DNA from: Candidatus Bathyarchaeia archaeon
GTDB lineage: Archaea > Thermoproteota > Bathyarchaeia > TCS64
DNA length: 64,000 nucleotides
Direction: 5' to 3'
Assembly: GCA_050014495.1 (NCBI GenBank)
Contig: JBEKDF010000001.1
Coordinates: forward strand, 64,001-128,000
Shown: positions 9,793-18,451 of the stretch, one piece after another
Position numbering within the stretch: the first letter of the stretch is position 1
Layout: each line of letters starts with the position of its first letter
The notes under the pieces: generated by a model
What the model was told of the DNA's origin: nothing
Database searches by the model: none
The model's input: the letters and a program-made list of their open reading frames with translations, nothing else
Position numbers and translations under genes: made by a program

Positions 9793-10445
9793 CAGCTTAG
9801 CAGATACCTCAGTTCTGGTAATTCATCAATTATATAGTCGGGGTGTAGGGTCAAAAGTTTCTCTCTGTCATGTGTGCCTGTTGTAATGCCAACGGTATGG
9901 ATGCCTGCTCTGATCCCTGCCTCCAAGCCTATAGTAGTATCCTCGACGAAGACGGCTTCTTTGGGCTTCACTCCGATGCGTTTTAGTGTCTCTTCAATGA
10001 TGTCAGGAGCGGGTTTCGGAGAGGCAACGTCGTTTATCCCGAGGACTAGCTCAAAGTAGCACCTGAGGTGAAGGGTTCTGAGTAAGCGGGAGGCTACATC
10101 ACCGCGCTTCGTGGTGGCGATGCTCTGGAGGAAACCTGCATCCTTGAAGTAAAGGAGGGTCTGAGGTACCCCGGGTAATATTCTGGTCTTCCTCGGCCCG
10201 ATGTCGGAGTATATCTCGACATATCTGTCCCAGCAGGATTGGATTTCTCCATGTTTCTTCGCAGGAAGGACCCTTAGGAACATCTCGGTTAGGGGGAGTC
10301 CAATCATCTCCTCAATCTCCTCCTTGGGACAGCTTGGCTCGTCCTGCTCTTCGATGACGCGGTTGAAAGTCTCGACTATAGCCTCAGTGGAGTCTATAAG
10401 GGTCCCGTCGAGATCGTAGATGACTAAACGTATCCCATGAAGCAC
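9789..10445 (-). CDS. HAD-superfamily hydrolase (phosphoglycolate phosphatase-like)
   Basis: DLDGTLIDS, KPAPD, ED motif IV. Confidence 0.9.
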   Translation of the reverse strand: MLHGIRLVIYDLDGTLIDSTEAIVETFNRVIEEQDEPSCPKEEIEEMIGLPLTEMFLRVLPAKKHGEIQSCWDRYVEIYSDIGPRKTRILPGVPQTLLYFKDAGFLQSIATTKRGDVASRLLRTLHLRCYFELVLGINDVASPKPAPDIIEETLKRIGVKPKEAVFVEDTTIGLEAGIRAGIHTVGITTGTHDREKLLTLHPDYIIDELPELRYLLSC

Positions 10446-10523
10446 GACTGGAATAGGGGCATCCGGGCCATTAAATGGTTCCTAGCACTCAACCTTTTTC
10501 CACGCGCCTTCCATCAACTATTC

Positions 10524-10877
10524 ATGAGACACTTTTACCACGCTGAAATTCCCCTTGAGGATATAAAAGCCCCCGCTGTGGGGGCTAGAAGGAGATGGCT
10601 CGTCGATGTTAGCGTTGATTCGCCTAACTTCACGGTGGCCGAAGTTGAGGTCAAGCCGGGTGGCAGCACACTCTATCACTCCCACCCCTATGAACACGCC
10701 ATGTTCATCCTTGAGGGTACAGGTGAAGTGGTCGAGTCCACAGGAACCAGCCCGCTGATGCCATGGGAAGTTCTATACATCATATCCAACGAGTTGCATC
10801 AGATTAGGAACACCGGGGGGAAGATGCTCAAGTTCCTCTCAGTGGAACCAACACAGAAAGAGGAGAAGAAGCCCTAG
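10524..10877 (+). CDS. Cupin-domain protein
   Basis: HSHPYEH...G-x-G and H-x-I-x-N cupin motifs; ATG 10524 is the likely start. Confidence 0.85.
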   Translation: MRHFYHAEIPLEDIKAPAVGARRRWLVDVSVDSPNFTVAEVEVKPGGSTLYHSHPYEHAMFILEGTGEVVESTGTSPLMPWEVLYIISNELHQIRNTGGKMLKFLSVEPTQKEEKKP

Positions 10878-10893
10878 GGTTCTAGGGGCTTTC
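10870..10893 (+). terminator. Possible hairpin terminator at the end of the cupin gene
   Basis: AGCCCTAG-GGTT-CTAGGGGCT stem-loop followed by TT, between convergent genes. Confidence 0.3.
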
Positions 10894-10989
10894 CGTAAGC
10901 GCGCATTTTTCGGTCATTGTTTTTAGCGCCAATCTGAGTGGAGATATAAGTTTGAAAGAAAACGGTCTGAAGACCTAGTGTAAAATGGT

Positions 10990-11847
10990 TTACTTGGAGG
11001 GCTTCTTCGCATCAACCTTTTCTAGCAGGCTCTTCGCCTGAGCGTTGGCCTTCGCGATTATCTCAGCTGCGGTGTCCGGCGTAATATATCCTGCATCGAT
11101 TGCAACCCTCTTCGCATTCTGGAGAGCCATTGTTACGAGTGTGGGTGTAGTCAATGTGGTGAGGTATTCACCTCTGAGGGCGACCTGGAATGCACCACTC
11201 GCTGCGTCCGTGAGCTGCTTTCTGTAGCTTGGGATGTCGAGTACCAGTTCGGAGCCGGGTATGATAGTTCCCCTTTCGTAGACGGCTTTGAGGCTGAGTC
11301 CACTCTGTGCTGCTTTGATACCGAGTCTCTGGAGGAGGTCCGCCATATCCGCCGTGATCTCGTCACCCTTCTCCGCGACGACCGTGTCCGCGACCACCCA
11401 GATGTTCCCTGCCTCAATGCGGGTTTTTATCCCGAGGCCACCGAATTTACTTATCATAGGGCCTGGACTGATACCCGTGTTTCCTGCGGGTATGGTCAAC
11501 TCCTTGAGTGCTTTGTCCCCGGCCTTGGCGAAACTTTCAACTTTGCTCTTCTCGAGGTTCATCGCCAGCTTGAAGGGGTTCCCGTTGGTGAAGAGGAACA
11601 TGTTCTGCCCCTCCACAGCCTTCATGAACTCCTTCGTGAGTGGCTTCTCCGCCTTCTCCATACTGATCCTCATCAGTGTGTTCTTGACGGTCTTGATCTC
11701 GAGCTGCCCCCTCAGGCTCTTCCTGAGGTCCATAAGCATCCCGCTCTGAACCTTGTAGAGGTCAGCCGCAGCTATGACTTCGTACTTCTTTAGCAAATCT
11801 ACTGTTTTCTCGACAACCGCCGTTTTCTGATCAGATACCTGCGACAT
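10990..11847 (-). CDS. rpl10: 50S ribosomal protein uL10 (P0)
   Basis: KNTLM, FTNGNPFKL, PAGNTGISPGP; position after uL1. Confidence 0.95.
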   Translation of the reverse strand: MSQVSDQKTAVVEKTVDLLKKYEVIAAADLYKVQSGMLMDLRKSLRGQLEIKTVKNTLMRISMEKAEKPLTKEFMKAVEGQNMFLFTNGNPFKLAMNLEKSKVESFAKAGDKALKELTIPAGNTGISPGPMISKFGGLGIKTRIEAGNIWVVADTVVAEKGDEITADMADLLQRLGIKAAQSGLSLKAVYERGTIIPGSELVLDIPSYRKQLTDAASGAFQVALRGEYLTTLTTPTLVTMALQNAKRVAIDAGYITPDTAAEIIAKANAQAKSLLEKVDAKKPSK

Positions 11848-11857
11848 TCATGTCACC

Positions 11858-12502
11858 TCAGAACAGCTTGACGGCCTCACCCATGGTCGTCTTCAGGTAG
11901 ATACTCTTGATGTTGGCGTAGCCTCTCTTCGTTGCCCCTACGAGGTTGTTTAGGACAGTTTCGATGTTCTGGGCTACCTGCTCGTCCGTCATGTTCTCTC
12001 GTCCTACCATGCAGTGGCAGAACATCTTGTCCCTGCTCCTCAGCACCACGGCCCGACGCTCACGTTCTATGACGTTGTCGACTGGTGCCTGTGGCGGCAC
12101 TGGGGTAGGCATTTTACCGCGGGGGCCCAAGATGGGTCCGGCTACACGACCAACTGTCGGCATCAACGGCGCCTCGCTAATGAATATGTCGAAGTCCTTG
12201 AGTCTCTTCTTCGCCGCCTTTTTGTCCTTAGCAAGCTCGTTTAGCTCCGCTGGCTCGATGACCTCGTCTGCCCCGCTCCTGCGAGCCCTGAGGGCCAGAT
12301 CGCCACCTGCGAAAACTAGGACCTTCTGCCCACCTATACCGTTGGGGAGCTGAACACGTAGGTTGACCCTGTTCTCGGGACGCTTCATGTCGAGCTCGCG
12401 GAGGTTAATAGCTAACTCGAAGGTCTGCTCGAAGCGACGCTTCTTAGAGGCTTGCCTCGCCTTTGTGATAGCCTCGTTAATATCCTTGCGTTGGAGTGAC
12501 AT
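11858..12502 (-). CDS. rpl1: 50S ribosomal protein uL1
   Basis: RRFEQTFEL, LGPRGKMP, KTTMG. Confidence 0.96.
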   Translation of the reverse strand: MSLQRKDINEAITKARQASKKRRFEQTFELAINLRELDMKRPENRVNLRVQLPNGIGGQKVLVFAGGDLALRARRSGADEVIEPAELNELAKDKKAAKKRLKDFDIFISEAPLMPTVGRVAGPILGPRGKMPTPVPPQAPVDNVIERERRAVVLRSRDKMFCHCMVGRENMTDEQVAQNIETVLNNLVGATKRGYANIKSIYLKTTMGEAVKLF

Positions 12503-12504
12503 AT

Positions 12505-12990
12505 TTAATTCTCCTTTAGCTGGGCATCGTAGGCCCCGCTCTTTATGAGGTCTTGGACCTCCTTGGCGGACTTACCGTCGACCGTAACACCCATGCTATG
12601 ACATGTGCCGAGGACTTCACGCGTCGCCGCTTTAAGGTTAGCTGCGTAGAGACCCGCTCTCTTCTTCTTGGCGACGTCCACGAGCTGGTCGAAGGACAGG
12701 TCACCCACTTTAGCTGAGTGTGGCGTTCCTGAGCCCTTCTGGATACCTACCGCCTGAGTGAGTAGAGCGAATGTGCTGAGCATCCCGACTTTAACAGTGA
12801 ACGCTCTAGTGTCAGTATCTATGAACACATCCACAGGAACGGGTGTCCCCTTGTACTCGTCGGTCTGATTGTTGATCTCGGCGACGATCTGCATGATATT
12901 GACGCCCATCGGGCCAAGCGCTGGACCGATTGGCGGACCACCTGTCGCCCCCCCACCGGGGACGATAAAGTTGAATTTTTTCTCGACCAA
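12505..12990 (-). CDS. rpl11: 50S ribosomal protein uL11
   Basis: ATGGPPIGPALGP, GTCHSMGV. Confidence 0.96.
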   Translation of the reverse strand: MVEKKFNFIVPGGGATGGPPIGPALGPMGVNIMQIVAEINNQTDEYKGTPVPVDVFIDTDTRAFTVKVGMLSTFALLTQAVGIQKGSGTPHSAKVGDLSFDQLVDVAKKKRAGLYAANLKAATREVLGTCHSMGVTVDGKSAKEVQDLIKSGAYDAQLKEN

Positions 12991-12992
12991 AC

Positions 12993-13445
12993 CTAGTTAG
13001 CTCCTTTAACCTCCCGGACATAGTCGGCGTGAACGGTTATCGGCAGGCTAAAAGCCGCCTCCAAGATCTCGATTGTAACTTCCTCCTTGGAGGTATCCAC
13101 GCGCACCACTCTCGCCTGCATTCCCTTGAAGGGCCCAGCTACCACGTCCACAAGGGTGCCCTCAGCCAAGCCCTCAATTGCCGGCTTCGTCTCCAAGTAG
13201 TGCTCGACCTCTTGAGGCGAGACGGTTCCTTGGATGCGCTCCCTTGCGTATCGGACGCCCCGAATAAGCTCATCAACCATGTGAGGATTGACGCTTTCAA
13301 CGATTATGTAGCCCTTCAGCTCCGACGGCGCGAGTATGGCGAGTATAGCTATATGCTCGATCTTCGCCTTATCGGCTAGCATATCAGCTACTGTCCTCTC
13401 CTGGCCGTTTGTGACCTTCACCGCGTAAAGCTGGGTCTGGGGCAT
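12993..13445 (-). CDS. spt5: Transcription elongation factor Spt5 (NusG)
   Basis: NGN domain (KGYIIVE) plus KOW motif (VVAGPFKG); start ATG 13445. Confidence 0.95.
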   Translation of the reverse strand: MPQTQLYAVKVTNGQERTVADMLADKAKIEHIAILAILAPSELKGYIIVESVNPHMVDELIRGVRYARERIQGTVSPQEVEHYLETKPAIEGLAEGTLVDVVAGPFKGMQARVVRVDTSKEEVTIEILEAAFSLPITVHADYVREVKGAN

Positions 13446-13546
13446 GTCTGGCACATCTGCCACGTCCGGTTGCACCGTAAGCGTAAGTGGATGGCTAATA
13501 TTAATATTGCTGAACCTAGAAAACGTAGCCACTTGGAATGGCTTAT

Positions 13547-13720
13547 TTAACCGACTGGCTGCAGGACAACAGCGACGAGACGTATAATGTAACCGATAGC
13601 CCCGAGAATGACGATGCCTAGTAGCACAATCTTCATGCTTTGGCTGAAAGTTTTCCAGTCAGGCCTGTTGATCGTAACAAGAAGCCTTTTAGCGCTATCG
13701 ATGAATTCCCTAATTCCCAT
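13547..13720 (-). CDS. secE: Protein translocase subunit SecE (Sec61 gamma)
   Basis: Hand translation MGIREFIDSAKRLLVTINRPDWKTFSQSMKIVLLGIVILGAIGYIIRL..., 57 aa, conserved position between ftsY and spt5; not in ORF track. Confidence 0.92.
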   Translation of the reverse strand: MGIREFIDSAKRLLVTINRPDWKTFSQSMKIVLLGIVILGAIGYIIRLVAVVLQPVG

Positions 13721-13761
13721 GAGCTATCGCCCTTTTGAGGGGTGCACTAGCTTTAAATTCT

Positions 13762-14673
13762 TTACGAATCTCCGAGGAGCTTCTCAGCGAACCAACCCGC
13801 ATCGAAGGGCTGTAGGTCATCGTATCCCTGCCCGACACCGATATAGATGATCGGTTTCCCCGTGAGAAAGCTCACACTAAGGCTAGATCCACCCTTAGCG
13901 TCTGCGTCCACCTTGGTGAGGATGACCGCGTCGAAGCCAACTGCCTTATTGAAGCTGAGGGCCTGCTCCGTCGCGTCGTTCCCGATGAGACTGTCAATGA
14001 TCATGATGGTAAGATCAGGCCCGACTACGCGTTTGATCTTCGTCAACTCGTCCATCAGGTTACGGTTCGTCTGCATCCTCCCAGCGGTGTCTATAAGGAC
14101 AGCGTCTACTCCCCTTGCCTTGGCATATTGGATGGTGTCATAGCCTACTGAAGCAGCGTCGCTGCCGTATTGATGCTTGATAACCTTGACGCCTAGACGC
14201 CTCGCATGCTCCTCGAGTTGCTCAATGGCCCCCGCACGGTATGTGTCCCCGGAGGCGATCACAACGCTGAAGCCGTTCTTCTGGAGTAGCCTTGTGACTT
14301 TGGCAATGCTCGTGGTCTTTCCTGTGCCGTTTATGCCTACAAACATAATGACATAGGGACGACCTTGACTCTTACTCTCCCCGACAGCTTTGACGACATC
14401 TACCCCCTTCCCTGTCTGCATTACAGACTCTATCGACTCCTTGAGCGCCTTCTTAACCAGGTCAGATTTGCTTCCAAATCGGTTAGCCTCCTCTCCCTTT
14501 AGGCGCTCCTTGAGCTCCTCGCAGACCTTCTCCGCGACCTGAACAGAGACATCGTTTCCTATGAGCTGCATCTGGAGGTCCCAGACTAGAGGTTCAAGGT
14601 CCTTCTCGGTTAAACCCGTCTTAGAAATCTTCTCAACTATGCCCTTGAGACCCTGTTTGAGCCTATCGAACAT
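13762..14673 (-). CDS. ftsY: SRP receptor FtsY
   Basis: GINGTGKTT, DTYRAGA, DTAGR, TKVDADAKGG, GVGQ. Confidence 0.97.
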   Translation of the reverse strand: MFDRLKQGLKGIVEKISKTGLTEKDLEPLVWDLQMQLIGNDVSVQVAEKVCEELKERLKGEEANRFGSKSDLVKKALKESIESVMQTGKGVDVVKAVGESKSQGRPYVIMFVGINGTGKTTSIAKVTRLLQKNGFSVVIASGDTYRAGAIEQLEEHARRLGVKVIKHQYGSDAASVGYDTIQYAKARGVDAVLIDTAGRMQTNRNLMDELTKIKRVVGPDLTIMIIDSLIGNDATEQALSFNKAVGFDAVILTKVDADAKGGSSLSVSFLTGKPIIYIGVGQGYDDLQPFDAGWFAEKLLGDS

Positions 14674-15109
14674 TGGCGGCCCCACCCTGAAGCTCGGCCG
14701 AGAGCCGATTCCCGACTTCCTGATGACTCTGCATCTGGGCTAGAACCTGCCCCAGCTGCTCTTCGACGGAGGCCAGTGTCTTCTCAACCTCCTCGAGACG
14801 TTTATTGACGTCATCAAGGGCCTTTGGGAGCTCCATCTCGATGGAGACATCAGCCCCGACGCCAACTATCACTTTATCAATAGGACCCATTTTGGCATGA
14901 ATGAACGCCGCGCCACCGATGGGTACAAGCATAGGTGTTTCAGGTTGCAGTGCCTTCATGTCGTTAAGGCTCTGCTGACTCACACTCAGCTCCGTCTGGA
15001 CGCTGGTGAGTATCTGGAGCCTTTGTTGAAGGACTTGTGCAGTACTCTCCATCATCTGTAACTCATATAGAATCCTACGTAGCTGGTCCTCTTTATTCTG
15101 GGAGGCCAA
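14663..15109 (-). CDS. pfdA: Prefoldin alpha subunit
   Basis: Coiled coils flanking LVPIGG...VIVGVGA hairpins; conserved position. Confidence 0.93.
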   Translation of the reverse strand: MASQNKEDQLRRILYELQMMESTAQVLQQRLQILTSVQTELSVSQQSLNDMKALQPETPMLVPIGGAAFIHAKMGPIDKVIVGVGADVSIEMELPKALDDVNKRLEEVEKTLASVEEQLGQVLAQMQSHQEVGNRLSAELQGGAANVR

Positions 15110-15113
15110 ACTT

Positions 15114-15323
15114 CTACCCTACCTTCTCCGGCTGGACCTCTTCTACGCTGAAAATGGTTATCTGATTGCGTTTAGCACGATGGCGGCTACCCATCTCGGC
15201 GTAGACCCGCTCGACTGCGTGCTCCATCTTCACTGCTCTAATCTCCTGGTTGAAAGCCATAGGAACGAAGAACTTCTGCTTGTTTATCTCACCCTTTACA
15301 CGAAATACCTTGACATCGCTCAT
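15114..15323 (-). CDS. rpl18a: 50S ribosomal protein eL20 (L18Ae/LX)
   Basis: VFRVKG...AVERVYAEMGSRHRAKR. Confidence 0.92.
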   Translation of the reverse strand: MSDVKVFRVKGEINKQKFFVPMAFNQEIRAVKMEHAVERVYAEMGSRHRAKRNQITIFSVEEVQPEKVG

Positions 15324-15613
15324 TCCTTCTTCTCAGCCTCCGTCTGCTTTACGTCCTCCGTCTCAGCCATTGTTATGGTGACCATTCCTTCGTCGTCCTT
15401 CGTCATCCTTACCCTAATCTTATGAGGCGGGCTCTTTATTCCCCTCGCCCAGATAGCCTCGTTGACGGTAGTATCGACGCTGATATCCTTCGCCTTCATG
15501 TGACGGACAGCGAACGCTTTGAGTACCATCATAGCTCTTTCGCTTCGCCTATACCTTTGGGCGTTCCATGCTTCCTTAAGAGGAACCGTATAGATGCGTT
15601 CCTGCTCAGACAT
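15320..15613 (-). CDS. rpl31e: 50S ribosomal protein eL31
   Basis: ERIYTVPL, NEAIWARGIKSPP. Confidence 0.95.
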   Translation of the reverse strand: MSEQERIYTVPLKEAWNAQRYRRSERAMMVLKAFAVRHMKAKDISVDTTVNEAIWARGIKSPPHKIRVRMTKDDEGMVTITMAETEDVKQTEAEKKE

Positions 15614-15619
15614 GTTTCA

Positions 15620-15778
15620 TCAGTCCTTGAGCTTCCTCGTACGCCATGCACGCACACTCTTTGGGCTCCAGCGTACTTTACCGTTGGTTTTTGCTATGAT
15701 CCAAGCTGGAACCGACCTACTGGACTTTCCCGCCTTTATTAGGCGAAGCTTATACGCTAGAGGCTTGTTCCTTGCCAT
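15620..15778 (-). CDS. rpl39e: 50S ribosomal protein eL39
   Basis: Hand translation [31 protein letters not shown]...WRTRKLKD; not in ORF track. Confidence 0.93.
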   Translation of the reverse strand: MARNKPLAYKLRLIKAGKSSRSVPAWIIAKTNGKVRWSPKSVRAWRTRKLKD

Positions 15779-15780
15779 CG

Positions 15781-16119
15781 TTAAACTCTCCTTATGCTAA
15801 TGTCCCTCTTCTTTTGTTGCCCCTCTATCTGGACGAGAAGCTTCTTCAGCTGGTCGTCCGTAATGGGGAGGGGAACCCTGCCTGTTTGTGCTAGCTGGAC
15901 TAGCTCGAGTTCGAGCTGCTTGCCGAACTCTTGGCGGACCATCTTTATATTTGCGAGTCTTTGCCGGGCCTCGGGAGTCAGTAGTCTACGCATCAGCGTC
16001 TGCTTCTGGGCCTCAGCTTCAGCTGCGGCTCGCTGCTGTTCAGCACCCTGCTGCTGTCTGGCTTGAAGCTCGGCCATTCGCTGGGCTTTGAGCCTCTCAA
16101 GCTCTTCGTCCCCCGACAT
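15781..16119 (-). CDS. PDCD5/TFAR19-family DNA-binding protein
   Basis: [15 protein letters not shown]; conserved position after eS19. Confidence 0.92.
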   Translation of the reverse strand: MSGDEELERLKAQRMAELQARQQQGAEQQRAAAEAEAQKQTLMRRLLTPEARQRLANIKMVRQEFGKQLELELVQLAQTGRVPLPITDDQLKKLLVQIEGQQKKRDISIRRV

Positions 16120-16131
16120 CTATGACCACGC

Positions 16132-16587
16132 CTAGATTGCCTTTAGCTCTGGCTTCTCCCTATCCAGGTCCTTTTTTATCTGGGTAGACATAGCATCGAG
16201 TAAACTCCGCCCCTTCTTGCTGACGACACGGCCAGACTTTTCTACCTTGTCTACGAGGCCAGCTTTCTCGAGCTGCTGAAGTGAGAGGCGAATGATACTA
16301 CCACCAGCTTTCCTGTGGTGAGCTGGTGAATCACCCTTCCTCTTCCGACCACCGTACTCCTTCCTCAGCCTTTGGATCCCGATAGGACCCTCCATATAGA
16401 GCTTTCTGAGTAGGGAAGCGGTCCTGACGTACCACCAGTCCGGCACCTGCGGTACCCTCTCGACGTGACTTCCCGTCTTCACGTGGGCTGCCCACTCAGG
16501 AGGCGTAACTTCTTTGATGTTCTCCTTGATGTAGCCGCTAAGTTTCCCTATGAGCACGTCCGCTGGTACGTCGTAAGCTGTCGTCAT
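16132..16587 (-). CDS. rps19e: 30S ribosomal protein eS19
   Basis: PEWAAHVKTG, WWYVRTASLLRK, LQQLE. Confidence 0.96.
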   Translation of the reverse strand: MTTAYDVPADVLIGKLSGYIKENIKEVTPPEWAAHVKTGSHVERVPQVPDWWYVRTASLLRKLYMEGPIGIQRLRKEYGGRKRKGDSPAHHRKAGGSIIRLSLQQLEKAGLVDKVEKSGRVVSKKGRSLLDAMSTQIKKDLDREKPELKAI

Positions 16588-17010
16588 CTCGTTTCCTTTT
16601 CCCAGATGCTACTCTATCGGTGCAGGGACCGACATATATAGATGTGCCTTTCCCTGCTTTTTAGCAACTGTTAACCACACCCTCCAAATTTAAAGGTTTA
16701 GCCACGGCCACATTATACCCCTGAGGGCGCCTAATAGGGCTAGGATGCGCATTATTCTTTTTAATTACAGATCAGATGAGGCCATCTCCCAGTGTACAGT
16801 CGATGTGATTTAATTTGCATACACTTTCACTCTTTATCGACCAGCCACATGGTTGTATACTCGTCTACTAGCGCACGCGACTGAACTGTTAGGTATACTG
16901 ACCATGTAAACATACATCTTGTAAGATATTATGGAATAGGTGTCGAACCTAAGCCCAACTCAATAATAGTTCCCCAACACTTCGGACACTTCATGTTCAA
17001 TTAGATCAAC

Positions 17011-17946
17011 CTACAAGTACGCCTTCGATATCTTAGCCACTACTGTGTACAGTGGGTCTACTATCTGAGCTATCCTCGACTTCGAGGCTATGCTGAGGAA
17101 CATATAAGCGTCGTCCCGGGTCCAGCCGTAATCGACCACCATCCATTTGATGAGTTCACGGTAGGCTAGCCGTGCAGCGTCTTCTAAGGGTTTAGCGCTA
17201 CAGATAGTCATGATCTCTTCAGCGGACTCGACTCTGGGCCAGGCTATGGAGTAGCTCTTTCTGAGGCCGAACCTTAGCCTAACTTTAGCGGATATCTCGA
17301 TTGCTGAGCCACCGACTTCGCCGTCTCCCTGCAAAGCGTGGACGTCACCTAAGCCGAATAATGCACCAGGCTGGTTCACTGGAAGGATAAGGGTGTTACC
17401 AGGTCTAATATCAGGGCAATCCATGTTTCCGCCGTGGGAGCCTGGAGTTAGTGTATTTATGGCCTCGTAAACGGGCGAGTTACCGATAGTTCCGATGAAT
17501 GAGTCTGCTGAGATTTCTATGACCCTACCACGGTCGGTCCTGTAAAGGACCTTACCCGCTCTGATCCCACTGGTCTTCGTCCGAGGAGTCATAAGGTTGA
17601 GCCAACCCTCTAAAGAGCCGAATCCAGGATTGATCGTTGTAGTACCATTGTCGGGGAGCTCGATCCCAAGGATCTCCACTGTGAGGCTATCACCGGTCTC
17701 TGCTCCCTCGACATAAATTGGGCCTGTTATGGGATTTACTGGTACCCTTATCCCCTTCTCTGTTACCTGTGCACGGGTCTGCCCCTCCTTTACACAGCCC
17801 CCAAAGGCATCCCATGTTTCTATTTCGACTTCCTCCCCCAGCTTGACGGTGGCGATGGGTTTGTTAAAAGGGCTGAGAGTGGAGGTCCCAGAGGGCGTGA
17901 GTCTCTCGAAGGGTATCTTTGATATACTTTTAACCATCGGAATCAA
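17011..17946 (-). CDS. Acetamidase/formamidase family protein
   Basis: NPITGPIYVEGAE, HGGNMD, GDVHALQGDGE. Confidence 0.92.
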   Translation of the reverse strand: MIPMVKSISKIPFERLTPSGTSTLSPFNKPIATVKLGEEVEIETWDAFGGCVKEGQTRAQVTEKGIRVPVNPITGPIYVEGAETGDSLTVEILGIELPDNGTTTINPGFGSLEGWLNLMTPRTKTSGIRAGKVLYRTDRGRVIEISADSFIGTIGNSPVYEAINTLTPGSHGGNMDCPDIRPGNTLILPVNQPGALFGLGDVHALQGDGEVGGSAIEISAKVRLRFGLRKSYSIAWPRVESAEEIMTICSAKPLEDAARLAYRELIKWMVVDYGWTRDDAYMFLSIASKSRIAQIVDPLYTVVAKISKAYL

Positions 17947-18065
17947 TTCAAGAGGAGCTTATACTCCCTTAAATGATTGTCACGCTACGATGCTTCGGTA
18001 TAGGAAAGATTAAAAGGAGGATACATTGTCCTTTTCATAGCAGTTCAAGAAAAGGTGTAATTATA

Positions 18066-18371
18066 ATGGAGTACATGTACGCCGCTATGCTTCTCCACAG
18101 CGCTAAGAAGCCCATCACTGAGGAGTCAGTAACCGCAATCCTCAACGCCGCCGGTGTCCAAGCCGATGGTGTACGCGTCAAGGCTCTTGTCGCTGCCCTC
18201 GCAGAGGTCAACATCGACGAGGCCCTTAAAACGCCGGTCTTCTCCGCTGCCGCAGCCCCAGTCGCCGCTCCGGCTGCTGAGGTTAAGGAGGAGAAGAAGG
18301 CAGCTGTGAAGCCAAAGGTTGAGGAGAAGAAGGAAGAGGATCTTCAAGGTCTGGGCGCTCTATTCGGTTAA
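18066..18371 (+). CDS. rpl12: 50S ribosomal stalk protein P1 (aL12)
   Basis: [11 protein letters not shown]...Ala-rich hinge...GLGALFG; true start ATG 18066. Confidence 0.96.
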   Translation: MEYMYAAMLLHSAKKPITEESVTAILNAAGVQADGVRVKALVAALAEVNIDEALKTPVFSAAAAPVAAPAAEVKEEKKAAVKPKVEEKKEEDLQGLGALFG

Positions 18372-18451
18372 CCTCCTAAACCTTATTCTATTTCTTCCCC
18401 TATTCACATTTCAGTTTCCGGAGTCTGACCATGTTGCATCATTCTCCTATA

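Noticed and set aside
17973..18065. N-terminal extensions in the ORF track (rpl12, spt5, ham1, wHTH, hsp20, nop10)
   Set aside because: Artefacts of taking the most upstream start codon; family homology begins at downstream starts
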